The position numbers were made by a program, and so were the translations under genes. From Methanobacteriota archaeon (GTDB lineage: Archaea; Thermoplasmatota; E2; DHVEG-1), in the NCBI GenBank assembly GCA_043806635.1, contig JAZDGT010000015.1:964-64963 (forward strand): a stretch of 64,000 nucleotides of DNA, read 5' to 3'. A model generated the notes under the pieces. The model had not been told where the DNA came from. It searched no databases and worked only from the letters and a program-made list of their open reading frames with translations. Numbering within the stretch: position 1 is the first letter of the stretch; every line of letters begins with the position of its first letter. Positions 1 through 9,836 of this stretch are shown here, piece by piece.

Positions 1-1395
1 CACAACGATAGGCTCAGAGCAGATAATCTCAAGTTTATAATCATTACGAATCCGATACTCTGTGATTTCTAAATGAAGCTCACCCATACCAGACATAAGG
101 TTTTCACCAGTCTCCTGGTTAATCTCCACTCGAATACTCGGATCAGCCTTTGAAATCATCCGTAAAACCTCAACAAGCCGAGGGAGGTCTTTTGTGTTTT
201 TCGCCTCAACCGCAACGGTCACCACAGGCTCAGACACATGAACGATACGCTCAAACGGCTCCACATCAGAGCTATCCGTAACAGTACATCCGGCGATAGC
301 ATCTCGAATACCGGTCGCAGCAACAATATTCCCTGCACTCACATGTTCCACAGGGATTCGATCAGCACCAACCATCACATTCACTTGTTGCACCCGGTTT
401 TTATTCGGCATACCAGCCACATAGACTTCTTGACCCCGAATAAGTTTCCCACTAAAAATACGACCAACAGCAACCTCACCAGCATGCGGATCAATAATAA
501 TCTTCGTAATCATCAACGCTAATGGTCCAGTCTCCCGAGTTTCCAGCATACTCTTCCCCAGTTCACTCTCAAGGTCACCACGCCAGATATGAGGAACACG
601 ATACTTCTGTGCCACTTTCGGTGAAGGCAAATGATTAACGACCATATCAAGAACGACCTCATGAATCGGCGTCTTTTTCGCAAGAGTCTTCTGATCATTA
701 TTTTTACAAAACTCATAAATATCCTTAAAACTCAACCCCGTTTTTTGCATAAACGGAAAAGAAATCGCCCAGTTATGAAACGCGGACCCAAACGCCACCG
801 TCCCATCTTCGACTTTCACATTCCATTTCCCCTTAAACTCATCAGAGATCATTTTATCGACTAGCTCATTAAATTTCGTAATGATTTTAATGAACTGCTG
901 CTGCATCTCCTGAGGAGTGACTCGTAACTCATTTATTAACCGATCAACTTTATTAATGAATAAAAGAGGTCTGACTTTTTCTCGTAACGCCTGCCTGATA
1001 ACCGTCTCTGTTTGCGGCATCGCTCCTTCGACTGCGCAGACGAGAACAATACATCCATCGATCGCCCGCATCGCACGGGTGACATCACCACCGAAATCAA
1101 CATGACCCGGGGTATCAATCAGGTTAATGAGATACTCTTTTCCTTCAAAATTATGAACCATTGATGCTGATGCCGCATTAATCGTAATCCCACGTGCTTG
1201 CTCCTGTTCATCATAATCAAGAACGAGTTGCTTCCCAGCGAGTTCTTCACTCATCATCCCACACCCTGCAAGAAGGTTATCAGAAAACGTGGTCTTCCCA
1301 TGATCAATATGTGCCGCAGTCCCAATATTACGAATATAATCAAGTTTATTCATGAGATTTGTTGCTCTATTGATGTTCTCTTCTTTACGCCCCAT
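1..1395 (-). CDS. fusA: Translation elongation factor 2 (aEF-2), N-terminal 465 codons; the 3' end runs off the window
   Basis: My own minus-strand translation from the ATG at 1393-1395: [42 protein letters not shown]...[14 protein letters not shown] (G1 and G3 motifs). It is still in frame at position 1 (...[11 protein letters not shown]). It is absent from the ORF track because there is no stop codon in the window. Confidence 0.93.
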   Translation of the reverse strand, partial: MGRKEENINRATNLMNKLDYIRNIGTAAHIDHGKTTFSDNLLAGCGMMSEELAGKQLVLDYDEQEQARGITINAASASMVHNFEGKEYLINLIDTPGHVDFGGDVTRAMRAIDGCIVLVCAVEGAMPQTETVIRQALREKVRPLLFINKVDRLINELRVTPQEMQQQFIKIITKFNELVDKMISDEFKGKWNVKVEDGTVAFGSAFHNWAISFPFMQKTGLSFKDIYEFCKNNDQKTLAKKTPIHEVVLDMVVNHLPSPKVAQKYRVPHIWRGDLESELGKSMLETRETGPLALMITKIIIDPHAGEVAVGRIFSGKLIRGQEVYVAGMPNKNRVQQVNVMVGADRIPVEHVSAGNIVAATGIRDAIAGCTVTDSSDVEPFERIVHVSEPVVTVAVEAKNTKDLPRLVEVLRMISKADPSIRVEINQETGENLMSGMGELHLEITEYRIRNDYKLEIICSEPIVV

Positions 1396-1429
1396 AAAAT
1401 CTCCCTCAACTACTCTGTCTCATACAGAA

Positions 1430-2023
1430 TTATCGTGCTGATTTTGCTACCCGTTCCAGCTCATTCTTTTTTGTGACCGAAAAAGAAGCAGGGTCGTTCT
1501 TACTTGCTTTAATAATCTCATCAGCAAGACACGACGCGATATCCTTTGAACTCCGATAACTCGCGCTCATCGCGCCCATACAGATATTCCGTAACGCGAT
1601 ATCTAACCGCCGTTGCGGAGCAACATCAACCGATTTTGGAACCATAATACCCCCAAAACGCAACCGCGTTGTCTCTTCTTTTGGCGCTGCGTTTTGCACG
1701 GCATCAACAAACGCCTGCATCGGGTTCGTCTTCATCTTTTTATCAATAAGATTAAACGCATCCTTCACCACAGTATAGGCTTTTGACTTCTGACCCGTAT
1801 ACACCTCAGTCTTCATGAGATTATTAATCAACCGTTCAATAATCGATATCTTGGACTTCCCAAAGGTCTTATTTGAGTACACGCCACCAGTGAAAAAATG
1901 CTTCACATCCAAATTCATGTACCGCTCTAGCCCTTTATCCTCAATCTTTATCGTACTCATATCATATTTTTCTAGCATAGGTAAAAAAGGTATCATGTCC
2001 TTTGGCAGTTTTTTTTCGGTCAT
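1430..2023 (-). CDS. rps7: 30S ribosomal protein S7 (uS7)
   Basis: 197 aa. It sits between S12 and EF-2, the conserved str-operon order. The C-terminal half (TRLRFGGIMVPKSVDVAPQRRLDIALRNI) is typical of S7. Confidence 0.92.
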   Translation of the reverse strand: MTEKKLPKDMIPFLPMLEKYDMSTIKIEDKGLERYMNLDVKHFFTGGVYSNKTFGKSKISIIERLINNLMKTEVYTGQKSKAYTVVKDAFNLIDKKMKTNPMQAFVDAVQNAAPKEETTRLRFGGIMVPKSVDVAPQRRLDIALRNICMGAMSASYRSSKDIASCLADEIIKASKNDPASFSVTKKNELERVAKSAR

Positions 2024-2025
2024 AT

Positions 2026-2457
2026 TTATCGTCTCATTGGTTTCTCGACTTTATGTTTAACTAATTGATTTAAGGATACATCATTTACTTTGATGACTTT
2101 GAATCGGACACCAGGGATATCACCGAAACTTCGCCCCATTCTTCCACCAATTCCTTCCACGAGGACTTCATCGTGTTCATCAATAAAACTAATCGCTTTA
2201 TCACCAACAGCGAACGCGGTGACCTGTCTCCCATTTTTAATCAGTTGGACTTTCACGCATTTTCTAATCGCTGAGTTCGGCTGTTTCGCCTCGACTCCAA
2301 CCTTTTCAATAACGATACCTTTAGCTTGGGAAGCTCCCTCAAGAGGATCGGCTTTTTCTTTTAAATGCAATACTCTTTTCTTGTAGTATCGACTACTCCA
2401 GAGTTGGTTTTTCCTGTTTTTTTTCAGTTTTCTTGCTGCATTGATTCCTTTGCCCAT
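2026..2457 (-). CDS. rps12: 30S ribosomal protein S12 (uS12)
   Basis: 143 aa. Contains [25 protein letters not shown]...[10 protein letters not shown]. Lies directly upstream of S7. Confidence 0.93.
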   Translation of the reverse strand: MGKGINAARKLKKNRKNQLWSSRYYKKRVLHLKEKADPLEGASQAKGIVIEKVGVEAKQPNSAIRKCVKVQLIKNGRQVTAFAVGDKAISFIDEHDEVLVEGIGGRMGRSFGDIPGVRFKVIKVNDVSLNQLVKHKVEKPMRR

Positions 2458-2674
2458 TTGTTCACCTAACAGATAAGAGTGAAAAACCAGTATACCGTTT
2501 CACTATTTAAATGCTTAGCCCCTCATCTCTAAGAAGAGATGTACCAAGGAGTTTCTGAATCTGATATCATCACGAGTACTCCGTCGGTTTTGTTAAAAAA
2601 TTTTAAATATTATAATATCTCTATATATAATCGATATTTCTGTGAAAGATGTATCTATATAGGAGAAAAACGCG

Positions 2675-4597
2675 ATGAAAACGAATACGATTCTACGGAT
2701 TCGACAAGGATTCATTCTTTTCCTTATCGGAGTGATGATTACTTCGACCACTCCATTTATTCAAGCGGCCTCTGTGACGTCACAGGATCAAATAAAGACT
2801 CAGGAATATACATTTCATTTCCTGGAACCGCAACTAAAAGAAAACACGCTGTATACTACTGTGACTCTTGAAGGATTTGATTCGTATCTCACGGACCCTA
2901 CACGCCCCATGATTCCCATTGTTCCGACAACTATTCAACTCCCTTGGGGCACCACGAATATTGACATCGCGGTAACCTGTGGAGAAATACGGACGATGAC
3001 AGCAAATAAAAAAATCAACCCTGTACCGAGTCTTCACCAGGAAAAGAGTCAGATTTCTTGTGTTGATAGTGTACCCGACAACTCCGTTTATGCTAGTGCG
3101 GAGTTATACCCTACGGCATGGTTTAGTTGTATGAAAGGTGTTGGGCAGACCTCAACGGGTGATCATAGTCTCTTTCTGTCTCTACATCTGCAACCCATCC
3201 GCTACAGTCCACAGGAAAATACGATTTATTATGTGACTGAGATGACCATTCAGATCACGTATCAAGAACCAGAGTACACCCCTGTATCACCCACGAGTAC
3301 CAATTATGATCTCGTGATTATTACTCCGACGGATTTCTCTGATTATCTCCACCCATTAATTACGCATAAGAATACTCATGGGGTGAACACGGTCATGATG
3401 ACGGTCGAAAACATCTACGCGTCTTATCCTGGGAGGGATCCTGCAGAGCAAATCAAATATTTCATTAAATATGCGGTAGAAACCTGGAACACGCGCTATG
3501 TTCTCTTGATAGGTGATATTACGAAGATACCGATTCGAGCAACCCATGCATATCCTTGGAATGAAGGAAAAGATTTTGGTGGGAACATTCTGACGGATAT
3601 GTATTATGCGGACCTGTATGATGAAAACTATAGTTTCTGCTCCTGGGATGCGAATAATAATAGTATTTTCGGTGAAGTCCAGTACGGCGAAGGGTTTCCG
3701 CCAGCGATGAACAATACGGATAACGTGGATTTATACCCTGACGTGCAGATTGGTCGGTTACCCTGTACGAACACGGATGAAGTACGGTTACTCGTCGATA
3801 AAATCATAACATACGAGGATTCCACGTATGATCAAATCTGGTTTAAACGAATCATTCTTGTTGGAGGCGACACGTTCCCCCCAGGGAAAGGGTCACCTCG
3901 GAATATTTTTGAAGGGGAAATCACGAACACCATGGTTGCACAGCAACTCTCAGGTTTTGAGCAGATACGTCTTTGGTCTTCGAAACGGAACCTGAACGCA
4001 ATAACGTTTAACCAGGCGATCGATACAGGAGCTGGTTTTCTCACGTATGCTGGTCATGGGTTTGAACACGGGTGGGGGACGTATCGGTCGAATTACCCGT
4101 TTGGTAGAATGGGTCTGACGCAGCCCTTGTATTATACTCCGATGCTTCGTTTTCTCCATAATCAAGAGAAGTTGCCCATTATATTTTTTGATGCGTGTCT
4201 GACCGCGAAACTTGATTTTAATATCTCTGATCTTGAGCGGTATTATCCTTCGATGATAGGGTTGTTGCGGCGGTTCACGCAATTATCATATTTTACGAGG
4301 ACGGATTATTTCCCTTGTTTTGCGTGGAGTTTCCTTGTGAAAGAGGATGGGGGTGCGATTGCAACGATTGGGGCGACGCGACCCGCGTATACGATGGTGG
4401 ATGAGAACGGCGTGTATGCTGGAGCCGGGTATCTTGATGTGCATTTCTTCAAAGCGTATACTGAGGGGGTCACGGTTGGTGAGATGTTCACTGGTGCGCA
4501 AACTGATTATTTGAATAACGTGGGTAAGGATTTTTTCACGCTTGAGGAGTTCATGCTTCTTGGTGATCCGAGTTTACGGGTTGGGGGCTACCCGTAA
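2675..4597 (+). CDS. Secreted cysteine peptidase, C25 (gingipain)-like caspase fold
   Basis: N-terminal hydrophobic signal-like segment. Candidate His/Cys dyad in FLTYAGHGFEHGW and PIIFFDACLTAKLD. The block YVLLIGDITKIPIR...YYADLYD...VQIGRLPC is typical of the C25 family. Confidence 0.6.
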   Translation: MKTNTILRIRQGFILFLIGVMITSTTPFIQAASVTSQDQIKTQEYTFHFLEPQLKENTLYTTVTLEGFDSYLTDPTRPMIPIVPTTIQLPWGTTNIDIAVTCGEIRTMTANKKINPVPSLHQEKSQISCVDSVPDNSVYASAELYPTAWFSCMKGVGQTSTGDHSLFLSLHLQPIRYSPQENTIYYVTEMTIQITYQEPEYTPVSPTSTNYDLVIITPTDFSDYLHPLITHKNTHGVNTVMMTVENIYASYPGRDPAEQIKYFIKYAVETWNTRYVLLIGDITKIPIRATHAYPWNEGKDFGGNILTDMYYADLYDENYSFCSWDANNNSIFGEVQYGEGFPPAMNNTDNVDLYPDVQIGRLPCTNTDEVRLLVDKIITYEDSTYDQIWFKRIILVGGDTFPPGKGSPRNIFEGEITNTMVAQQLSGFEQIRLWSSKRNLNAITFNQAIDTGAGFLTYAGHGFEHGWGTYRSNYPFGRMGLTQPLYYTPMLRFLHNQEKLPIIFFDACLTAKLDFNISDLERYYPSMIGLLRRFTQLSYFTRTDYFPCFAWSFLVKEDGGAIATIGATRPAYTMVDENGVYAGAGYLDVHFFKAYTEGVTVGEMFTGAQTDYLNNVGKDFFTLEEFMLLGDPSLRVGGYP

Positions 4598-4918
4598 CCA
4601 CTTCTTTTTGTTTATAGGGAAAAAAATAGTTCTTCAAGCCCTGCAGTAGGAGTAAAAAACTTTTTATTTCCTTAGGGTATTTGATTCTTGGGGGACGATA
4701 GGGCATATCGGGGAGGTTAATCGAGTACCTGCGTTCGATATCGAGGCATATTCCTCCTATCTTCGCATCCCGTCCCCCACCTAATAATCATCTGATGGAT
4801 AAACCTTGTTTACACTAGGTAGGTAGTTTTTTATCAACCCGTTTTTTCGGGTTAAAAGAAGATATCTCGGGTTGTACTCAGTGAAAAAGTGGGTAGTACG
4901 ACAACCCGTAAGAGCGTT

Positions 4919-5224
4919 TTAGTCGAATAACGCGCCGAGTCCTGCTGCTGCTTCTTCTTCAGTGACTTCAGGTTTCTTTTCTTCTTTTTTCTTTTCTTCT
5001 TTCTTTCCTTCAGCCGGTGCTGCTTGTGCTGGCGCTGCTGCGACAGGGGCGGCTGCTGCTTTTATCGCGTCATCGATGTTGACGCCTTCAAGCGATGCAG
5101 TTAACGCTTTTATCCGTGTCTCATCAGCTTTAACACCAGCTGCGGTAAGGACTTTCTTCAGGTGTTCCTCGGTGATTTCCTTCCCAGCGGCATGAAGAAG
5201 CAATGCACTGTAGATGTATTCCAT
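4919..5224 (-). CDS. rpl12: 50S ribosomal stalk protein L12 (P1)
   Basis: 101 aa. Starts [20 protein letters not shown], then an Ala/Pro hinge and an acidic tail ending GLGALFD. Confidence 0.93.
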   Translation of the reverse strand: MEYIYSALLLHAAGKEITEEHLKKVLTAAGVKADETRIKALTASLEGVNIDDAIKAAAAPVAAAPAQAAPAEGKKEEKKKEEKKPEVTEEEAAAGLGALFD

Positions 5225-5265
5225 TTTGTTTTTTCCTCCTTCATCAATTTTTTTATCTTTTTATT

Positions 5266-6162
5266 TTATGTTAACTTTTTCTTTAACTCCTCATCAAGCG
5301 CTTCTTGTTTCAGTTTTAATGCTACGGAGAGCATCGATTGATACGCTTTTGAGAGGAGATGAGATGCGGTATCTTTTGTGATAATGTTTTTCTCAAGGGC
5401 TATGTAGAACGCGTTCCGGAATGCTTTCTGTAGTAAGGGTCGTATCGTTGACGGGGTCACCCATGTGGATTCCATCGCAAGACCAAACGCAGTCCCTGTG
5501 GCTTTCCTGATTTTCATCATGAATTCATCAGCGTTAATATCAAGGACATCAGCTTTAAAGACGGCTCCGTTCTCATAGACGGCATGCAGTGTCATCCCAA
5601 TTTCTATCGGGTAAATCTCTAACCGGGTGAGCATTTGTGCGACATTCTTAGGTATTTTTTTTCCTGCGGGGACGATGATTTTATCGGTTTTTATGACGAC
5701 TTTCCCCTCTTGGATTGCAGCCGGGATACCTGCTTTTTGTAGTTCTCCTACAATCGGCCCTGGTTTGAATGGTGTCTCCCCTGCACTAACGGAGATATCA
5801 TGAGCCGCGGTTTCTCCCCCTTTCGCTGGAGCCATCGTCCGGGTTGCTTTCACCTGACTAAAGAGTTTAAACGGATTCATATCCGTGACAATAAGAGCAG
5901 CTTGACCTTTCACGGAAGTCTTTAACTGATCAAGTCCCGTGATGCTTTTTCCTGCTTCTTCCACTGCTTTAATGATGAGCGAGTTTTTTGCTGAACGGAT
6001 TACGGCAACCGTACCCATGTTCTTCCTCATCTGTTGGAGTTGAGGAGCTGGGATGCCTCCGATCTCAATCACGCCGATTACTTTTTTACTCGTAATGAGT
6101 GTAGTGAGCTGTTCAACCTCTTTATATTTCCAATCAGCAACATGAGTAGTCATTTTCTTCAA
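5266..6162 (-). CDS. rpl10: 50S ribosomal protein L10 (uL10/P0)
   Basis: 298 aa. Sits between L1 and L12. The N-terminus (HVADWKYKEVEQL) is typical of archaeal P0. Confidence 0.88.
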   Translation of the reverse strand: MKKMTTHVADWKYKEVEQLTTLITSKKVIGVIEIGGIPAPQLQQMRKNMGTVAVIRSAKNSLIIKAVEEAGKSITGLDQLKTSVKGQAALIVTDMNPFKLFSQVKATRTMAPAKGGETAAHDISVSAGETPFKPGPIVGELQKAGIPAAIQEGKVVIKTDKIIVPAGKKIPKNVAQMLTRLEIYPIEIGMTLHAVYENGAVFKADVLDINADEFMMKIRKATGTAFGLAMESTWVTPSTIRPLLQKAFRNAFYIALEKNIITKDTASHLLSKAYQSMLSVALKLKQEALDEELKKKLT

Positions 6163-6167
6163 ACCCC

Positions 6168-6818
6168 TTATAAGACACGCTCCGCAGGTCCCATCGTCGT
6201 CTTCACATAAACTGAGCTGATGTTCATGCGTCCTCGTTCAAGCTTTGACTCTAATCGTTTCATGATCGCGTCGATATTTTCTGCGATATGGTCCACCGCC
6301 ATATCCTCTTTTCCTGCAGTGGTATGGAAGGTAACGTTCCCTTTGGAGCGGAGTTTCACGGTGTTCCGAAGGTTTTTCACGATATTGGTAAGATCAATGT
6401 TGGGTGGTACCGGCTTCGGCATTTTCCCTCGTGGACCAAGAATAATACCAAGGGTTTTCCCGATTGTCGGCATCAATGGGGCTTCTGAAATAAAAAAATC
6501 GTATTCATCCGCCATCTTCTTAAATTTCTTTTTATCCTTGGCCAGCTCTTCGATATCTTCAGGTTTAATTAATAGGTCAACAAGTTTTTTTGATTTCAGC
6601 GCAAGCTCACCACTCGCAAATAAAGCGATTTTCGCCTCAGCGCCGCGCCCATGAGGAAGAATCACTTCTTCTTCGATACGGTTTTTTGAATCATTCATAT
6701 CAATATTTTTTAGATTAATGACGACATCGATGTTCTGTTTGAATTTACGTTCAAGTTTTTTTGTCTCTTCGATGACTTTTTGAATCGCATCAACTATCTT
6801 TTTCTCAACCATTGTCAA
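6168..6818 (-). CDS. rpl1: 50S ribosomal protein L1 (uL1)
   Basis: 216 aa. L1-like length and motifs (LPHGRG...LGPRGKMP), and it lies upstream of L10. Confidence 0.9.
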   Translation of the reverse strand: MTMVEKKIVDAIQKVIEETKKLERKFKQNIDVVINLKNIDMNDSKNRIEEEVILPHGRGAEAKIALFASGELALKSKKLVDLLIKPEDIEELAKDKKKFKKMADEYDFFISEAPLMPTIGKTLGIILGPRGKMPKPVPPNIDLTNIVKNLRNTVKLRSKGNVTFHTTAGKEDMAVDHIAENIDAIMKRLESKLERGRMNISSVYVKTTMGPAERVL

Positions 6819-7028
6819 CCATCGAAACGTTCTATTTCTTGTTTTCCTCCATATCAGAGGGGAATGTAGTTCTCGGGAATAATAACACTATTTATAAACG
6901 TTTGGTTATCTACGGAAGAGAGAAATAAACAAGGGAACACCAGTAGACTTTAAGTAGGGGAACTCCATTTACACCAAAAAAATCGAGTATAATACGAGAA
7001 TACCACTCATAAATATTAAGGGATTGAT

Positions 7029-7862
7029 ATGGCCAAAGCACGATCACGAGCAGCAGCAAAAAAAGTGAAAGATAAATGGAAAGCGAAAACATGGTACCAG
7101 ATTCTTGCTCCACCTTTGTTCGACTCAGTCCCTGTTGCTGAGACGCTCGCAGACGCCCCTAGTAGTGTCATCGGTCGAATCACTGATGTCTCACTACAAG
7201 ACCTCACGAATGATTTCCGGAAATCACACATTAAAATGTTATTTAAGATTTACAAAGTAGAAGAGAACCAGGCATATACACAGATCGCTGGTCATTCTCT
7301 CACCTCCGATTATATCAGACGGATGATTCGAAGACGACGATCCCGGGTTGACGGTGTCTATGATGTAACATCACGCGATGGAGCCATCTTCCGGGTGAAA
7401 ACGTTTGCGATCGCTGAGAAACGAATTCAGAGCTCACAAAAGAAAGCAATCCGTGAGGTCATGAGGAAAACGATTGTCGATAGCGGTGCCACATTAACCC
7501 TGAACGAGTTCATTCGAGACGCGCTTGACGGAAAAGTCGGCAGTGACATTTATAAGAACTGTAAAAACCTCTACCCAGTGAAACGTATTGAAATATCAAA
7601 GACAGAGATCACGCAACAACCAACAATCGAGATACAGATAGAGAAAAAACCAGAGAAGACCGAAGAGGAAGCACCTGAACAACCAGTTACTACAGAAACC
7701 CCCGAGGTGAAAGAAGGGGAAGTCATCGAGAAAGAACCCGCGGTTGAGAAAAAAGAGAAAAAGAAAACCACGAAAAAAACAGCAAAAAAACCAGCCAAAG
7801 AAAAAACGAGTAAAAAGAAGACTGCGGCAAAACCGAAAACCAAGAAGAAACCGAAAGAATAG
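7029..7862 (+). CDS. rps3ae: 30S ribosomal protein S3Ae (eS1) with about 80 aa Lys/Glu/Pro-rich C-terminal extension
   Basis: The N-terminal roughly 195 aa match S3Ae (KDKWKAKTWYQILAPPLF...KMLFKIYKVEENQAYT). The tail is KKPEKTEEEAPEQP...KKKTTKKTAKKPAKEKTSKKKTAAKPKTKKKPKE. Confidence 0.85.
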   Translation: MAKARSRAAAKKVKDKWKAKTWYQILAPPLFDSVPVAETLADAPSSVIGRITDVSLQDLTNDFRKSHIKMLFKIYKVEENQAYTQIAGHSLTSDYIRRMIRRRRSRVDGVYDVTSRDGAIFRVKTFAIAEKRIQSSQKKAIREVMRKTIVDSGATLTLNEFIRDALDGKVGSDIYKNCKNLYPVKRIEISKTEITQQPTIEIQIEKKPEKTEEEAPEQPVTTETPEVKEGEVIEKEPAVEKKEKKKTTKKTAKKPAKEKTSKKKTAAKPKTKKKPKE

Positions 7863-7955
7863 ACGAAGACACCTAGGATATCGGGCTAACAAAATACTTA
7901 TTTTAACTACTATATTTATATATTAATTATTGACTATTGTATACTTTGTTTATAT

Positions 7956-9743
7956 ATGAAGAAACAGATTACCCTCCTCACCATTCTCACCTCATGTTTT
8001 CTTCTTAGTGTATCGTTTTTCACGAGTACCGGATCCTGCTGCAAAGATGTAATCGCCTGCGGAGACGCAACCGCTGGACCCTACAATCTCCTCTTAAAAG
8101 TAAGAGATCCCAGCAGACCAGGCCTACAGATTCTCTGCCACGTCCCAGCGAACTATACCTACACCTATCAACACCCCTGGACAGGAGCACCACTCACGTT
8201 TACGACAACACATAGCTACATTGGTGTCGCCACACTCGGAGACACTCTCCCGAATATCGTCAAAGCCGGCATGATGATCACCGATGCGGGTCTCGCATTT
8301 GGTGATGCGGATACCGACTCGAACTGGAAAAACCCATCTCGCAATGCGTGGGATGATTTCGACTGGCTCCGCTACGCCGGTCAACAAGCAGATGATGAAA
8401 ACGAAGCAATCACTCTTTTAACAAAAGATGTCGTCGACGAGCTGCACGCCTCCGCAGTCTCCGAGAATCTGTTTCTCGTAGGACCAAACAAATCAGCAAT
8501 CATCGAAGCAGACGCGTATCATTATCATACTGAGGAGCTCACCGACGGCGTACGAGTTATGTCGAACTACCCCATCGCACTCTGGCAGACACAAATCCAT
8601 AAAAAACTCCCGATCGCATCCTCATTTAATAGCCAACGCACAACCACCGCGAGACAAGGAGACGTCATCCGTCTTGGATCTCTCTACGGCGTGAAAATCA
8701 TGAGAATCACCAAGGACCACATCATCCTGAGACAAATCCCTGCCCTAAAAATCGATAACCGACTCCAACTACCAGGAACACCAGTCGTGATACAAAGAGG
8801 TGAACGAAAAACCGTGGGAGACTACAGCGTCACCGTCCTCGCCGTCCTCGGAAAATATGCACGAGTTCATATCTCCACCGTGTACCAGGCATGGGAACAC
8901 GAACTCCTCAAACAATTAGAACCACACTACGGCTCACTCACCGTACAAGATATGATGAATCTCTCACGACTCCACACCGAAGACCTCCAAGGGTTACGAC
9001 CACTCTGCGAAGATCTCTTCCCATACGAGTCAGCACTGATCAGTAAAATCCCTGAAGAGCACTCCAATGTATTCAGTAGCGGATGGTTCGCAGCCAATCA
9101 TGCCTGCTCCTCCATCTACGTCCCTATTCATATCCTCGACACCGACATCTACACCCCGTACACCACTGGGGAAGCCGCGCAACTCTCACTCGATCTCCTC
9201 CAAATCTATGGCCATGGAACCCTCATCATACCATTCTCGAACCTTGAAAAAATCTTCCTCAACGAAACCACTCTGCTGGAACATCTTGCGCAGAACTATA
9301 CTGAGAACACCACTGCGGTCTCCCAACTATTCACCATAGCAGACACCGCGATGCAACAACAAGCATACCTCACCGAACAACTCTGGCGAGACAATGCACA
9401 GCTCCCAGACTCACTTGACACAAAAAACCTCTACGAAACACTCGTATCACTCTGGGGAAACAACTACACCACCTCACTCATCAACATGGAACATGCAGTC
9501 GACACCCTCAAAAACAACCCAGATACGCAGGATCAGTGCAAGACCATCCAAACCATCGCACTCACCATCTGCAACCAAAAAATCGCTATCAACCAACACC
9601 TCCACATCAACACGACCCATACACAGGAGAATTACCACCTCGCTGAAAACTCATTTACAAACCAGGAATACACGACCGCCTTCTCATATCTCCATCAAAC
9701 TCTCCAAGAAAGCGACACCCTACTCCATTCTGTCTACCCTTGA
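7956..9743 (+). CDS. Secreted protein, possible Ntn-hydrolase peptidase (C69/secernin-like)
   Basis: Has a signal-like N-terminus. After it comes ACGDATAGPYNLLLKVRDPSRPG, which resembles the C69/secernin nucleophile region (C-x-x-...-A-T-...-K-x-x-D). The C-terminal third is low-complexity and T/N/Q/H-rich. Confidence 0.35.
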   Translation: MKKQITLLTILTSCFLLSVSFFTSTGSCCKDVIACGDATAGPYNLLLKVRDPSRPGLQILCHVPANYTYTYQHPWTGAPLTFTTTHSYIGVATLGDTLPNIVKAGMMITDAGLAFGDADTDSNWKNPSRNAWDDFDWLRYAGQQADDENEAITLLTKDVVDELHASAVSENLFLVGPNKSAIIEADAYHYHTEELTDGVRVMSNYPIALWQTQIHKKLPIASSFNSQRTTTARQGDVIRLGSLYGVKIMRITKDHIILRQIPALKIDNRLQLPGTPVVIQRGERKTVGDYSVTVLAVLGKYARVHISTVYQAWEHELLKQLEPHYGSLTVQDMMNLSRLHTEDLQGLRPLCEDLFPYESALISKIPEEHSNVFSSGWFAANHACSSIYVPIHILDTDIYTPYTTGEAAQLSLDLLQIYGHGTLIIPFSNLEKIFLNETTLLEHLAQNYTENTTAVSQLFTIADTAMQQQAYLTEQLWRDNAQLPDSLDTKNLYETLVSLWGNNYTTSLINMEHAVDTLKNNPDTQDQCKTIQTIALTICNQKIAINQHLHINTTHTQENYHLAENSFTNQEYTTAFSYLHQTLQESDTLLHSVYP

Positions 9744-9836
9744 AATAGCAACTAAAACAATCAATTGACACTCACTATATGTTTTTATCACAAACATTTT
9801 AAAATCATTCCCCTTAAATGGATACGGGGGTTTTAC

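Noticed and set aside
4690-4781. Interpretation of the GGGGGAC...GTCCCCC-ACC element as a tRNA (possibly intron-containing or split)
   Set aside because: Apart from the 7-bp closing helix, I could not place a D-arm, an anticodon arm or a T-arm with a TTCRANY loop on either strand. It is kept only as an unexplained structured element.
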